From IMG/VR virus record IMGVR_UViG_3300021957_000004: a stretch of DNA of 64,000 bases; one strand, written 5' to 3'. The notes beneath the pieces were generated by a model that saw only the letters and a list, made by a program, of their open reading frames with translations, did no database searches and was not told the origin of the DNA. Of the stretch, positions 9,835-18,954 are shown piece after piece. The stretch is from a virus. Within the stretch, counting starts at the first letter, position 1; each line of letters begins with the position of its first letter. Made by a program: the position numbers and the translations under genes.

Positions 9835-10506
9835 ATGCAATTATCAACCGACACAGTAGAAGTTCTAAAAAACTTTTCTACAATTAACCCAAACCTAGTT
9901 ATCGAACCTGGTCAAAAACTACATACGATCTCTGAATCTAAAACAGTTATGGCTAAGGCAGAAATCGTAGAAGACTTTCCTAATCAGGTTGGGATTTATG
10001 ATATGAATGAATTCCTTTCTGTGTTAAATCTAATACCAGGAAACAATATTGATTTCCACGATAAACATCTAACGATTTCTTCTGGACAACAGAATGTAAA
10101 TTACTTTTATTCTAATACGGAAATTCTAACTACACCACAGAAAGACATTAATATGCCTGATGTAGATGTTGGCGTTACCTTATCAGAAGATGTACTATCT
10201 AAAATTAAACAAGCAGCAAATGTTTTAGGACATACAGATTTATCTATTACAGGTAACGAAGGTTCTATCATAGCTAAAGTATTCGACGCAAAAGATGCTA
10301 CAGCAAATGATTATACTTTTAGTATTGAATCAGATAATACAGCTAAAGGCAAATTTAATTTTGATTTTAACATTGGTAACCTTAAGTTAATCCCAGGTGA
10401 TTACTTTTTAAGCTTATCAGAAAAGAAAATATCCCACTGGCAGAATATGAATTTCCCAGTAGAATATTTTGTTGCCCTAGAGCAATCAACAAATTTTAAT
10501 GTATAA
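9835..10506 (+). CDS. gp45: Sliding clamp gp45
   Basis: LKNFSTINPNL, GIYDMNEFL, YFVALE; synteny. Confidence 0.93.
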   Translation: MQLSTDTVEVLKNFSTINPNLVIEPGQKLHTISESKTVMAKAEIVEDFPNQVGIYDMNEFLSVLNLIPGNNIDFHDKHLTISSGQQNVNYFYSNTEILTTPQKDINMPDVDVGVTLSEDVLSKIKQAANVLGHTDLSITGNEGSIIAKVFDAKDATANDYTFSIESDNTAKGKFNFDFNIGNLKLIPGDYFLSLSEKKISHWQNMNFPVEYFVALEQSTNFNV

Positions 10507-10608
10507 ATATATGCATGAAAAGAATTCTCCATTTAATTATGGGGATAATGGTGGAGGTGCTGATTATCAGGCCTCTATATTTAGTCTACTTTGCAAAGGA
10601 GAAATAAA
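10502..10608 (+). promoter_or_regulatory. Late promoter TATAAATA plus structured leader
   Basis: TATAAATA at 10502 followed by inverted repeats, the last overlapping the SD. Confidence 0.6.
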
Positions 10609-10860
10609 ATGACAGACGCAGTAGAAACTCAAGCAGCAGAAGAGCCTGTACAACTCTCGCTAGGGGATATCCAATTATTTGTTCAGATCATAGATCTATG
10701 TTCAAAAAGAGGAGCATTCGAAGGCCAAGAGTTAGAACCAATTGGAGCATTAAGAGGAAAGGTTGTAAGATTCCTGGAAGCTAATGTACCAGCCGAAGAA
10801 GGCGCACCGGTTCAAGGTGAAATGGATGTTGAACCTTCAGAAGAAGAAGCATCAAGCTAA
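10609..10860 (+). CDS. Small acidic hypothetical protein
   Basis: AAGGAG SD before ATG 10609; IIDLCSKRGAFEG motif. Confidence 0.7.
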   Translation: MTDAVETQAAEEPVQLSLGDIQLFVQIIDLCSKRGAFEGQELEPIGALRGKVVRFLEANVPAEEGAPVQGEMDVEPSEEEASS

Positions 10861-10877
10861 ACTTGAAAACAAGCCTA

Positions 10878-10902
10878 TTGCGGGAGGGTCAAATCCCGCT
10901 AA
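10878..10902 (+). terminator. Stem-loop, possible terminator or processing site
   Basis: GCGGGA...TCCCGC inverted repeat; weak U-tract. Confidence 0.45.
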
Positions 10903-10921
10903 CCTTAATTAGGATTATATA

Positions 10922-11179
10922 ATGGATAAAAATGAAAAACAAGAGCTAATCACAGCTCTAAAAAATGGTACCGTTCAGGTAACATTTCAAAAGGTAAACT
11001 CAGATGAAATTAGAGTTATGCCTTGTACCCTTAACCCACTTGTATTAGAAGCACATAATGTTAAGCCAACAATTGGTGGTATAACATCTGATTCAGATCA
11101 AATACCTGCCTGGTCTATAGACAAACAGGCTTGGCGTTCTTTTATTGCTGATACAGTATTAGGTTGGGAAGTACTATGA
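10922..11179 (+). CDS. WYL-like/SH3 beta-barrel phage protein
   Basis: VTFQKVN..IRVMPCTL...AWRSF. Confidence 0.65.
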   Translation: MDKNEKQELITALKNGTVQVTFQKVNSDEIRVMPCTLNPLVLEAHNVKPTIGGITSDSDQIPAWSIDKQAWRSFIADTVLGWEVL

Positions 11180-12111
11180 ATGAATTCTTATGGGTCGAGA
11201 AATATCGACCACAAATTATTGCAGACGTAATACTGCCTTCTCATATAAAAGCTACATTCGAGGATATTGTTAACGGAGGTGAATTACACAATATGCTTTT
11301 AACCGGAACAGCCGGTCTGGGAAAAACCACCGTAGCAAAGGCATTATGCAATGAACTAGATTTAGATTACCTACTGATCAATGGATCAGAAGAGGGTAAT
11401 ATAGACACGCTTAGAAATAAGATTAAACAATTTGCCAGCACAGTAAGTTTACAGGGTGGATACAAGGTGGTGATTTTAGATGAAGCAGATTATCTAAACC
11501 CCCAGTCCACCCAACCAGCACTAAGAGGTTTCATAGAAGAATTCTCAGGTAACTGTAGGTTTATACTTACTTGCAATTTTAAAAACAGAATTATAGAACC
11601 ACTACATTCCAGATGTTCGGTTATAGAATTCAATATAGCTAAAAAGGACATGCCTCCTCTTCTTTCAGATTTTATGAAAAGAGTGGAATACATCCTCGGC
11701 GCAGAAGGCGTTAGCTACGATAAGCAAGTAATTGCGGATCTAATTATGAAGCATATGCCAGATTGGCGTAGAGTCTTAAACGAATTACAAAGATATAGTA
11801 CCAGTGGAAACATTGATACAGGCATCCTAGTGAGCGTTAGCGAGACTTCTATCAATGATCTAATGCTTCATATTAAAGTAAAAGACTTTAAACGTATGCG
11901 TCAATGGGTAGCAGACAACATGGATACGGAACCAGCTTCCGTCTTTAGAAAGATCTATGATAACATGTATGAATATATTGACCCTAAATCTATACCTCAG
12001 TTAGTTCTTATTCTAGCTGATTATCAATACAAGAATGCATTCGTGGCAGATCACGAACTAAATCTTGTGGCGTGTTTAACCGAAATAATGGCAGGAGTAG
12101 AAATAAAATGA
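11176..12111 (+). CDS. gp44: Clamp loader large subunit gp44
   Basis: LWVEKYRP, GTAGLGKT, ILDEAD, SRC. Confidence 0.95.
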   Translation: MNEFLWVEKYRPQIIADVILPSHIKATFEDIVNGGELHNMLLTGTAGLGKTTVAKALCNELDLDYLLINGSEEGNIDTLRNKIKQFASTVSLQGGYKVVILDEADYLNPQSTQPALRGFIEEFSGNCRFILTCNFKNRIIEPLHSRCSVIEFNIAKKDMPPLLSDFMKRVEYILGAEGVSYDKQVIADLIMKHMPDWRRVLNELQRYSTSGNIDTGILVSVSETSINDLMLHIKVKDFKRMRQWVADNMDTEPASVFRKIYDNMYEYIDPKSIPQLVLILADYQYKNAFVADHELNLVACLTEIMAGVEIK

Positions 12112-12278
12112 TCTATGAAATTAACCAAGTATATTATGAAAAGGGTAGAACTGCATATAGGGTATGTATTAAAGATGCAGATAGCAATGAGCTTAAATCC
12201 GAAAGAATATTTAGAACAAAAGAAGATGCTAAGAGTTACATAGCACTTAAGAAGTTATATAAAAATGAATCCCTTTGA
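12108..12278 (+). CDS. Hypothetical protein
   Basis: ORF overlapping gp44 stop and gp62 start. Confidence 0.5.
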   Translation: MIYEINQVYYEKGRTAYRVCIKDADSNELKSERIFRTKEDAKSYIALKKLYKNESL

Positions 12279-12645
12279 TTACATAAATGCAATTAATTTT
12301 ACTAAGAAGAATCTAATAGTAGATGATGAGACAGAAAAAGCTTATCAACCATTCTTAGTTAATAGAACTTTATCTCACTTTAGAGATACTGTATTATATG
12401 CTAATGAGATGAACATAAATCACCACCTAGATAGTGCGCTTCAGAATCAATTTTATATAAATATAATAAGAAAGAAGAAAAGATTCTCTAAGTGGGTTAA
12501 GCCATCAGAGATAGAATGTTTGGAAGTGATTAAAGAAAATTATGGATATAGTAATGAAAAAGCAAAATCAGTATTGTCCCTTTTTACTCCAGACCAAATT
12601 GAACAGTTGAAACATAGGATTTATAAAGGTGGAAAAAGAAAATAA
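12265..12645 (+). CDS. gp62: Clamp loader small subunit gp62
   Basis: YQPFLVNR.LS, ANEMN, RKKKRFSKW, YGYSNEKA. Confidence 0.92.
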   Translation: MNPFDYINAINFTKKNLIVDDETEKAYQPFLVNRTLSHFRDTVLYANEMNINHHLDSALQNQFYINIIRKKKRFSKWVKPSEIECLEVIKENYGYSNEKAKSVLSLFTPDQIEQLKHRIYKGGKRK

Positions 12646-13057
12646 TGAAATAAAAGAATGGGTCCCAGCTGATATGCTGGAAGTGACTCTAAACGAACCG
12701 GATGACTTTCTTAAGATAAGAGAAACATTAACACGTATCGGTGTTGCATCCCGCAAAGATCAAAAGCTATATCAATCTTGCCATATATTACATAAGCAAG
12801 GTAGATACTTTATAGTTCACTTTAAAGAACTATTTCTATTGGATGGTAAGCCATCTAATTTAATTGAAAATGATGTACAACGTAGAAATACAATTGCTAC
12901 ATTATTATCGGACTGGGGATTGGTTACAATGAATAAGCCATCTCAAGCCCAAGACACTGCGCCTCTCAGGCAGATCAAGGTCATACCTTTCAAAGAGAAA
13001 ACTGAGTGGGAGCTATGTCCTAAATATAATATCGGAAATACTAAGCAACAAGATTAA
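12629..13057 (+). CDS. regA: Translational repressor RegA
   Basis: DDFLKIRETLTRIG, LYQSCHILHKQGRYFIVHFKELF. Confidence 0.96.
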   Translation: MEKENNEIKEWVPADMLEVTLNEPDDFLKIRETLTRIGVASRKDQKLYQSCHILHKQGRYFIVHFKELFLLDGKPSNLIENDVQRRNTIATLLSDWGLVTMNKPSQAQDTAPLRQIKVIPFKEKTEWELCPKYNIGNTKQQD

Positions 13058-13183
13058 TTAGATATGCATTATCTTTACAATCTTGTTAATTCTCCCGGCT
13101 TTCATAAACTTATGAAATCGTTTGAATAATTTTTTCATATTATTATTTATACGTATAAAAATAGCATCTAGTTAATTAGTACG

Positions 13184-13255
13184 TATAAATATAATCGAAG
13201 AATGCGGCATTGGGCCGGTTCTCAATAACCTTGCTATATATAGGAGGAAATAACT
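13184..13255 (+). promoter_or_regulatory. Late promoter plus ROSE-like RNA thermometer of hsp20
   Basis: TATAAATA 13184; hairpin 13199-13222; CCUUGCU pairs with AGGAGG leaving a bulged G. Confidence 0.7.
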
Positions 13256-13711
13256 ATGGTAAGAAGTAATCTGAACGTACCACGTTCACTATTCGTTGGT
13301 TTTGATGGATTGTTTGAAGACTTAGAAAGGATTCACAATTCGGCTAGAACTGGAACTGATAACTACCCACCACACAACATTGTTCGTGTAGATGATGAAA
13401 ATTTCATTATTGAACTAGCAGTGGCTGGATTCAGCATGGATGATCTCGAGATTGAGGTCAAAGATGGGATCTTAAAGGTGAAAGGTAATACTGGTGACGA
13501 TGAAAGGTCGTATGCGTACAAGGGTATCTCATCCCGCAAATTCGAGAAGAGCTTCCGACTCTCTGAATTTGTCGTAATCGATGGGGCTGACCTTAAAGAT
13601 GGAATACTCGTGGTGAATGCCAGGGTCGAAATCCCAGAGGAACAGCGTCCAAGGAAGATCAAAATAGGGTCTACTGGGGCATCAAAGAAGAAGGAATTCT
13701 TGAAAGAGTAA
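13256..13711 (+). CDS. hsp20: Small heat shock protein Hsp20 (IbpA-like)
   Basis: NYPPHNI, IELAVAGF, YKGISSRKF, ADLKDGIL. Confidence 0.93.
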   Translation: MVRSNLNVPRSLFVGFDGLFEDLERIHNSARTGTDNYPPHNIVRVDDENFIIELAVAGFSMDDLEIEVKDGILKVKGNTGDDERSYAYKGISSRKFEKSFRLSEFVVIDGADLKDGILVVNARVEIPEEQRPRKIKIGSTGASKKKEFLKE

Positions 13712-13767
13712 TTCCGGTGAGCAGCGAAACTCGGTAGGTTATAATAATAATTTACCGGAGATAAATC

Positions 13768-13908
13768 ATGACACAATTAAAAGCTTACTTAGCTGATAAT
13801 CATGACATCGTTAGGACCTTAAAAGATATGTTGGTAACTGCTATGATCGCCATAGCCTGCGCAGGTACAGCACCTGCACTGATTTGGTTATCATTATTAT
13901 CTTATTAA
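13768..13908 (+). CDS. 46-aa small membrane protein, not in ORF track
   Basis: GGAG SD; MTQLKAYLADNHDIVRTLKDMLVTAMIAIACAGTAPALIWLSLLSY. Confidence 0.55.
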   Translation: MTQLKAYLADNHDIVRTLKDMLVTAMIAIACAGTAPALIWLSLLSY

Positions 13909-13930
13909 GGCTCTCGATATACAATTCATG

Positions 13931-13955
13931 CGGGGGGTAAGAAATTACCCCACCG
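13931..13955 (+). terminator. GC-rich stem-loop, likely terminator
   Basis: cggggggtaa-gaaa-ttaccccaccg. Confidence 0.6.
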
Positions 13956-13974
13956 TTCCTTGATTGAAAAAAAG

Positions 13975-14004
13975 GTTTACAAACCTTCTAAACTATGGTA
14001 TAAT
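13975..14004 (+). promoter_or_regulatory. Early promoter for DNA polymerase
   Basis: GTTTAC-N18-TATAAT. Confidence 0.85.
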
Positions 14005-14013
14005 ATACTCACT

Positions 14014-16575
14014 ATGCAATTTTATACAAACATTTCTCGCTATGGCAATATGCTACTTTATCGTGGTATAGAAAACGGCCAAAGAGTTCAAAAGAAAATT
14101 AAATACAAGCCCACATTATTCGTGGCAACCACCAAAGCAACCAAATGGAAATCCTTAGATGGATATCCTGTTGCTCCCATACAATTCGAATCTATGCGTG
14201 ATGCTAAAGATTGGGTTCAGCAAAACAAAGATGTAGCTGGCCGTAAGATCTTTGGTAATACTAAACATCAGGCAGCTCTGGCTAACGATCTATTTCCTGG
14301 CCATATAGAGTTTGATAGATCTAAAATTAACGTAACCACTATTGATATAGAAGTTCAATCCGATGATGGATTCCCAGAACCTTCTGCAGCAGCTAAAATA
14401 GTTACGGCTATATGTCTTAAAAATAATATCGACAATACATATTATGTTTGGGGCTTAGGCGATTACGATGTAAGTAAATCCCTAATGAAAACCAATCGCG
14501 TGATCTATAAAAAATGTGTCGATGAACAAGAACTTCTTATAGACTTTATTAATCATTGGGCTACACCTTCGCACACGCCCGATGTTATTACTGGCTGGAA
14601 CTCTAAGTTCTTCGATATACCTTATTTGGTTAATCGTATTCGTAGAGTCTTCGGCCCAGATCTTGGCGAACAAAATATTAAAAAGCTTTCACCTTGGGGT
14701 ATGGTAGAATCCAGAGAGGTGGCAATTGGCTACAAATCTAGCAACAGAAATCAAACGTATGACTTCCAGGGTATATCCCAAATGGATTATATGGAAGTAT
14801 TTAAAAAGTTTGGTTATGCTTATGGTCAACAAGAATCATATTCACTTAATAATATTGCTCACGTAGTTCTTGGCGAAGAGAAACTATCATACGAAGAACA
14901 CGGATCACTATTCGATTTATATAAAGCTGATCATCAAAAGTTTATTGATTATAATATTAAAGATGTAGAATTGGTAGATCGCTTCGAGGATAAAATGGGT
15001 TTAATTACCCTTGGCCTTACTATGGCATACCGAGGCGGAGTTAACTATACTGACGTATTTGGTACTACCGCAATATGGGATTCTATTATCTTCCGTGATC
15101 TATATCAAAACAACGTAATAGTTCCTTTCCCGAAAGATCAACTCAAAGGTGATTACCCTGGTGGTTATGTAAAAGAACCACAGGTTGGCATGCACGATCA
15201 TGTAGTTAGTTTCGATTTAAACTCTCTATATCCATCGCTCATTATGCAATACAATATGTCACCAGAAACAATTCTGAATAAAACAACAGCAGGAGTAGAT
15301 GTAGAAAATGTATTAAAAGCAACTAAGATCGAAAGATCATCAGATGAATGCATAGCAGTTGGCGGACAACATTTTAGAACAGATGTCCAAGGTGTATTAC
15401 CTAAGATCATCGAAGAGATGTACACTGAACGGGTAGATGTTAAAAAAGCTATGATTAAAGCTCAGCAAGAATTACAGAGAATAGACAAAAGTGACAAACA
15501 AGAACTCTACAGAATACAAAAAGAAATATCGCTCAACGAAAATAGACAAATGGCAATTAAGATTCTTCTTAATAGTCTTTACGGTGCTCTCGGCAATCGT
15601 TATTTTAGGTTCTTCGACCAACGGGTCGCAGAAGCAATTACGCTATCCGGACAAGCCATCATACGATGGGGTGAAAATGCAGCCAATGATTACCTAAACA
15701 AGGCCCTTAAAACCTCCTCAGACTACGTCTTAGCAATAGATACTGATTCATTATATATTGGGTTAGGTCCTTTAGTAGATGCGGTTAAACCGGATAATCC
15801 TATAGATTTCCTAGATAAAGTTGGCCGTGAAGCCATAGAACCTGTCTTTGAAAAAGCATATCAAAAGTTCTACGACATATTTGGCGGCTACGGAAACAAA
15901 ATGGTTATGTCCCGAGAGGTTATAGCAGATCGTGGTATATATCTGGCTAAGAAAAGATATATTCTAAATGTGTTAGATAATGAAGGCGTTAGATATGCAC
16001 AACCTAAAATTAAAACAATTGGCGTAGAAGCTAATAAAAGTTCTACTCCGCAAGCTTGCCGTGAAGCTCTAAAAGAAATGTTTAAGCTAATTATTTCTTC
16101 TGATGAAGCTACAGTCCAGGCAGCAGTACAACAATTCAAAGATCATTACTTTGCTCTTAGACCAGACCAGATTGCTTTCCCGCGTGGTGCTAATAATATT
16201 ACTGGTTGCATAGAAAGACGTACGTATAGAAACCAAGCGGGCGAGCAGGTTACTACCGAATTTTATAAGAAAGGTACACCGATTCACGTGCGTGCGGCCC
16301 TCGCGTACAACTGGCTAAGAAAAGATCTAGATCTAAAACAATATCCAGAACTTAGAAATGGCGATAAGATTAAATTCTTATATTTAAAAGAAGGTAAGTT
16401 TAAGCAAAATGTAATTGCTTTCCCAGACTTTCTCCCAAAAGAATTTAACTTAGAACAACACATTGATAAGGAATTACAATTCCAAAAAACATTTACCGAT
16501 GCAATAGAACCAATTCTAAATGCTATTGGCTGGACATCAGTCAAAGTTAATTCACTGGAGGATTTCTTTGGATAA
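14014..16575 (+). CDS. gp43: Family B DNA polymerase gp43
   Basis: DIEV exonuclease motif, SFDLNSLYPS, KILLNSLYG, IDTDS; start placed downstream of the promoter. Confidence 0.97.
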   Translation: MQFYTNISRYGNMLLYRGIENGQRVQKKIKYKPTLFVATTKATKWKSLDGYPVAPIQFESMRDAKDWVQQNKDVAGRKIFGNTKHQAALANDLFPGHIEFDRSKINVTTIDIEVQSDDGFPEPSAAAKIVTAICLKNNIDNTYYVWGLGDYDVSKSLMKTNRVIYKKCVDEQELLIDFINHWATPSHTPDVITGWNSKFFDIPYLVNRIRRVFGPDLGEQNIKKLSPWGMVESREVAIGYKSSNRNQTYDFQGISQMDYMEVFKKFGYAYGQQESYSLNNIAHVVLGEEKLSYEEHGSLFDLYKADHQKFIDYNIKDVELVDRFEDKMGLITLGLTMAYRGGVNYTDVFGTTAIWDSIIFRDLYQNNVIVPFPKDQLKGDYPGGYVKEPQVGMHDHVVSFDLNSLYPSLIMQYNMSPETILNKTTAGVDVENVLKATKIERSSDECIAVGGQHFRTDVQGVLPKIIEEMYTERVDVKKAMIKAQQELQRIDKSDKQELYRIQKEISLNENRQMAIKILLNSLYGALGNRYFRFFDQRVAEAITLSGQAIIRWGENAANDYLNKALKTSSDYVLAIDTDSLYIGLGPLVDAVKPDNPIDFLDKVGREAIEPVFEKAYQKFYDIFGGYGNKMVMSREVIADRGIYLAKKRYILNVLDNEGVRYAQPKIKTIGVEANKSSTPQACREALKEMFKLIISSDEATVQAAVQQFKDHYFALRPDQIAFPRGANNITGCIERRTYRNQAGEQVTTEFYKKGTPIHVRAALAYNWLRKDLDLKQYPELRNGDKIKFLYLKEGKFKQNVIAFPDFLPKEFNLEQHIDKELQFQKTFTDAIEPILNAIGWTSVKVNSLEDFFG
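16285..16308. other. CpG-rich island inside gp43
   Basis: cacgtgcgtgcggccctcgcgtac. Confidence 0.65.
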
Positions 16576-16900
16576 GATAATATATGTAGGTACTAAGCCA
16601 GGTAATTTCCCACCAGAGAAATCACCGACTATTCGTAGGATAACTAAATGGTCAGAGCAGGCTGGAGTACAAGATTGGGATTGGACCAATCTATCAGATA
16701 ACAACATGATAGAAAAGATTAAAGGTTGCAAAGTAATAGCTATGGGTAATGAAGTCCATAATTACTTTGTAAAGAATAAAATAGAACACTTAAAGGTTCC
16801 ACATCCATCTGGATTGAACCGAATGTGGAATAACCCAGAACTAGAACCTTCGGTAATAGATCAAATTAGGGGTTTACATTTAAATGAAACTATGGTATAA
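16568..16900 (+). CDS. Minimal uracil-DNA-glycosylase-superfamily protein
   Basis: GGAGGA SD and TTG start; IIYVGTKPG, VIAMG, PHPSGLN resemble UDG/MUG motifs. Confidence 0.6.
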   Translation: MDKIIYVGTKPGNFPPEKSPTIRRITKWSEQAGVQDWDWTNLSDNNMIEKIKGCKVIAMGNEVHNYFVKNKIEHLKVPHPSGLNRMWNNPELEPSVIDQIRGLHLNETMV

Positions 16901-16901
16901 T
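16872..16901 (+). promoter_or_regulatory. Early promoter
   Basis: GGGGTTTAC-N18-TATAAT. Confidence 0.85.
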
Positions 16902-16923
16902 ATACCACTATACGGAGAAATAT

Positions 16924-17223
16924 ATGAAAAATATACAATTAGTTAGGCTTACATCCGGCGAAGAAATAATCGCTAACGTAGATCTAAATGGTATCGATAC
17001 TGATACTATAATCTTAAAAGATAGCATTGTTCTTATCCCAGCCGGCGAAGGCAAGATTGGATTTATGCCTTTTATGCCATACACTGAAGCTAAAGATGGA
17101 TTAGAAATTGATCTTAAGTTTGTTATGTTTATGGTCGAACCAAACAAACAGCTAGTGGAACAACACAGAGCAGCTACTTCTGAAATACAGATAGCAACAC
17201 CAAACACAGGAATCATAGTATAA
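16924..17223 (+). CDS. Sm-like conserved T4-like phage protein
   Basis: LVRLTSGEEIIA...FMPFMPY. Confidence 0.65.
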   Translation: MKNIQLVRLTSGEEIIANVDLNGIDTDTIILKDSIVLIPAGEGKIGFMPFMPYTEAKDGLEIDLKFVMFMVEPNKQLVEQHRAATSEIQIATPNTGIIV

Positions 17224-17624
17224 TGTCTAAGAACTGGGTACAAGATATAGCTTTAATGCATAGCAAATATGGCGTTAAACAATGGGTTGCAGATAACCCT
17301 GAAAAGCTAGAACAGCTATTGCATTTTCGTATATCATTCTTAAAAGAAGAATATGAAGAAACATTTAAAGCAGTTGGAGAAAAAGATCCTGAAGAAATAG
17401 TAGATGGTCTAATAGATCTATGCGTTGTAGCAATTGGAACATTAGATGCATTCGGTATTGATTCCGAAAAAGCATGGGATGAAGTACTAAAAGCCAATAT
17501 GAAAAAAGAAGTTGGAGTAAAAGAAACAAGACCTAACCCTTTAGGTTTACCAGATTTGATTAAACCCGAAGGTTGGACAGCTCCATCACACGAGGATAAC
17601 CATGGTAAGTTGCACAATATTTAA
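17223..17624 (+). CDS. MazG-superfamily (PRA-PH-like) dNTP pyrophosphohydrolase
   Basis: EEYEE...EIVDGLIDL, VLKANMKK, DLIKPEGW. Confidence 0.8.
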   Translation: MSKNWVQDIALMHSKYGVKQWVADNPEKLEQLLHFRISFLKEEYEETFKAVGEKDPEEIVDGLIDLCVVAIGTLDAFGIDSEKAWDEVLKANMKKEVGVKETRPNPLGLPDLIKPEGWTAPSHEDNHGKLHNI

Positions 17625-18519
17625 TAGCATTTATGATAACAAAACAGACAAAAGAATGGACTACGAGTCCTTCGAAGAGTTTGAAGCAGTCCTCGTTGGA
17701 CTACACAACTCTGACAAATATTCTAAAAAGTCTGAAGCTCCTCTTATCAGTCCTGCTACATATTTGCCTGATAGTACTCGTGCTAACGATAACGTGGTTT
17801 CTTGGGGCGGTTTTGGTATTCTTGATGTCGATGACTTTGTAGGTGAAATGAATGAGATCGAAAAGAAATACGAGCAATATAGATATTTCTGTTATTCGAC
17901 TGCTAGTTCTAGCTTAACAAATCCTAAATTTCGTTTAGTATTTCCTTTAACCCAATGGGTGAATAAAGAAGATATTAAACACTTTTGGTTTGCACTAAAT
18001 AAAGAAATCGGTGATATCGCTGATGCACAAACTAAAGACCTTTCCCGAATGTATTATGTTCCATCGCAATATAAAGATGCGAACAACTTCTGCTTTTCAC
18101 ACGATGGTGATATAATGGATCCGACAGTATTAATGTCTAAGCATCCATATCTAAATCCAGCAGAATCTTTCTTTGATAGATTACCTAATAAAATAAAAGA
18201 AGGTTTAATTGAACATAGAAAGTCACAATTAAAAAACACAAACTATACCTGGACATCTTATTTTGATTGTCCATTTGTTAATAAAAAACAGGTCGAAGAA
18301 TACAAAGGTATTTCCGGCACTGGTTGGTATTTAAAAATGTATCAGATAATGGTTTCAACCGCAGGCAATGCAATGCAACGTGGTTATCCTATTACTCCTG
18401 AAGAAATTGCCCATATCTGTAGATCTTTAGATATGGACACAGGTAATTGGTATGCAAAAAGAGATCTAGTAACAGAAGCAAATAGAGCAATCGACTTTGT
18501 CTTTAAAAATAATTTATAA
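17602..18519 (+). CDS. Archaeo-eukaryotic primase (AEP/Prim-Pol)-like protein
   Basis: LDVDD, YSTASS, PKFRLVFPL, KDLSRMYYVP; helical C-terminal domain. Confidence 0.7.
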   Translation: MVSCTIFNSIYDNKTDKRMDYESFEEFEAVLVGLHNSDKYSKKSEAPLISPATYLPDSTRANDNVVSWGGFGILDVDDFVGEMNEIEKKYEQYRYFCYSTASSSLTNPKFRLVFPLTQWVNKEDIKHFWFALNKEIGDIADAQTKDLSRMYYVPSQYKDANNFCFSHDGDIMDPTVLMSKHPYLNPAESFFDRLPNKIKEGLIEHRKSQLKNTNYTWTSYFDCPFVNKKQVEEYKGISGTGWYLKMYQIMVSTAGNAMQRGYPITPEEIAHICRSLDMDTGNWYAKRDLVTEANRAIDFVFKNNL

Positions 18520-18524
18520 TATAT

Positions 18525-18600
18525 GGGGCGGTAGCTCAGTAGGGAGAGCGCCTGGTTTGCAACCAGGAGGTCGTGGGTTCGATCCCCTCTCGCTCCACCA
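18525..18600 (+). tRNA. tRNA-Ala (anticodon TGC), CCA encoded
   Basis: GGGGCGG acceptor with G3:U70, CCTGG-TTTGCAA-CCAGG anticodon arm, GTTCGA T-loop, ends ACCA. Confidence 0.97.
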
Positions 18601-18614
18601 TTTAGGAGAATAAT

Positions 18615-18908
18615 ATGGGAATACAAGTACTAGGTGATAATGTTTTAATCGCCGAAACAGAAAAAGAAGAACAAACAGCAGGTGGGATTATTCTTACTGA
18701 AGCTATTGATAAAGGTAATAAACCAGGATTGGTATTAGCAATTGGTGATTATATCCAACAAGATAATGCAGATCCAGAAAACGTATTTGCTAAGATAGAA
18801 CCAGGAAACAGAGTGTTTGTTAAATGGTCAGAGGCAATGCCAGTTAACGTCGAAGGACAAGCTGCGGTATTAATAGATCGAAATCACATCAAAGCGATAT
18901 TAAGTTAA
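18615..18908 (+). CDS. groES: Co-chaperonin GroES-like (gp31 analogue)
   Basis: LGDNVLI, EQTAGGIILT, GLVLAIG. Confidence 0.85.
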   Translation: MGIQVLGDNVLIAETEKEEQTAGGIILTEAIDKGNKPGLVLAIGDYIQQDNADPENVFAKIEPGNRVFVKWSEAMPVNVEGQAAVLIDRNHIKAILS

Positions 18909-18913
18909 AAGGG

Positions 18914-18943
18914 GTTTACAAATACCTGAAACTATGGTATAAT
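18914..18943 (+). promoter_or_regulatory. Early promoter
   Basis: GTTTAC-N18-TATAAT. Confidence 0.85.
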
Positions 18944-18954
18944 ACATCTATATT

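Noticed and set aside
13960-14013. N-terminal extension of gp43 in the ORF track
   Set aside because: It spans the promoter itself; ATG 14014 is the plausible start (likewise 49207, 55414, 45995)
18384-18626. 80-aa minus-strand ORF
   Set aside because: It is the antisense reading of tRNA-Ala and its flanks
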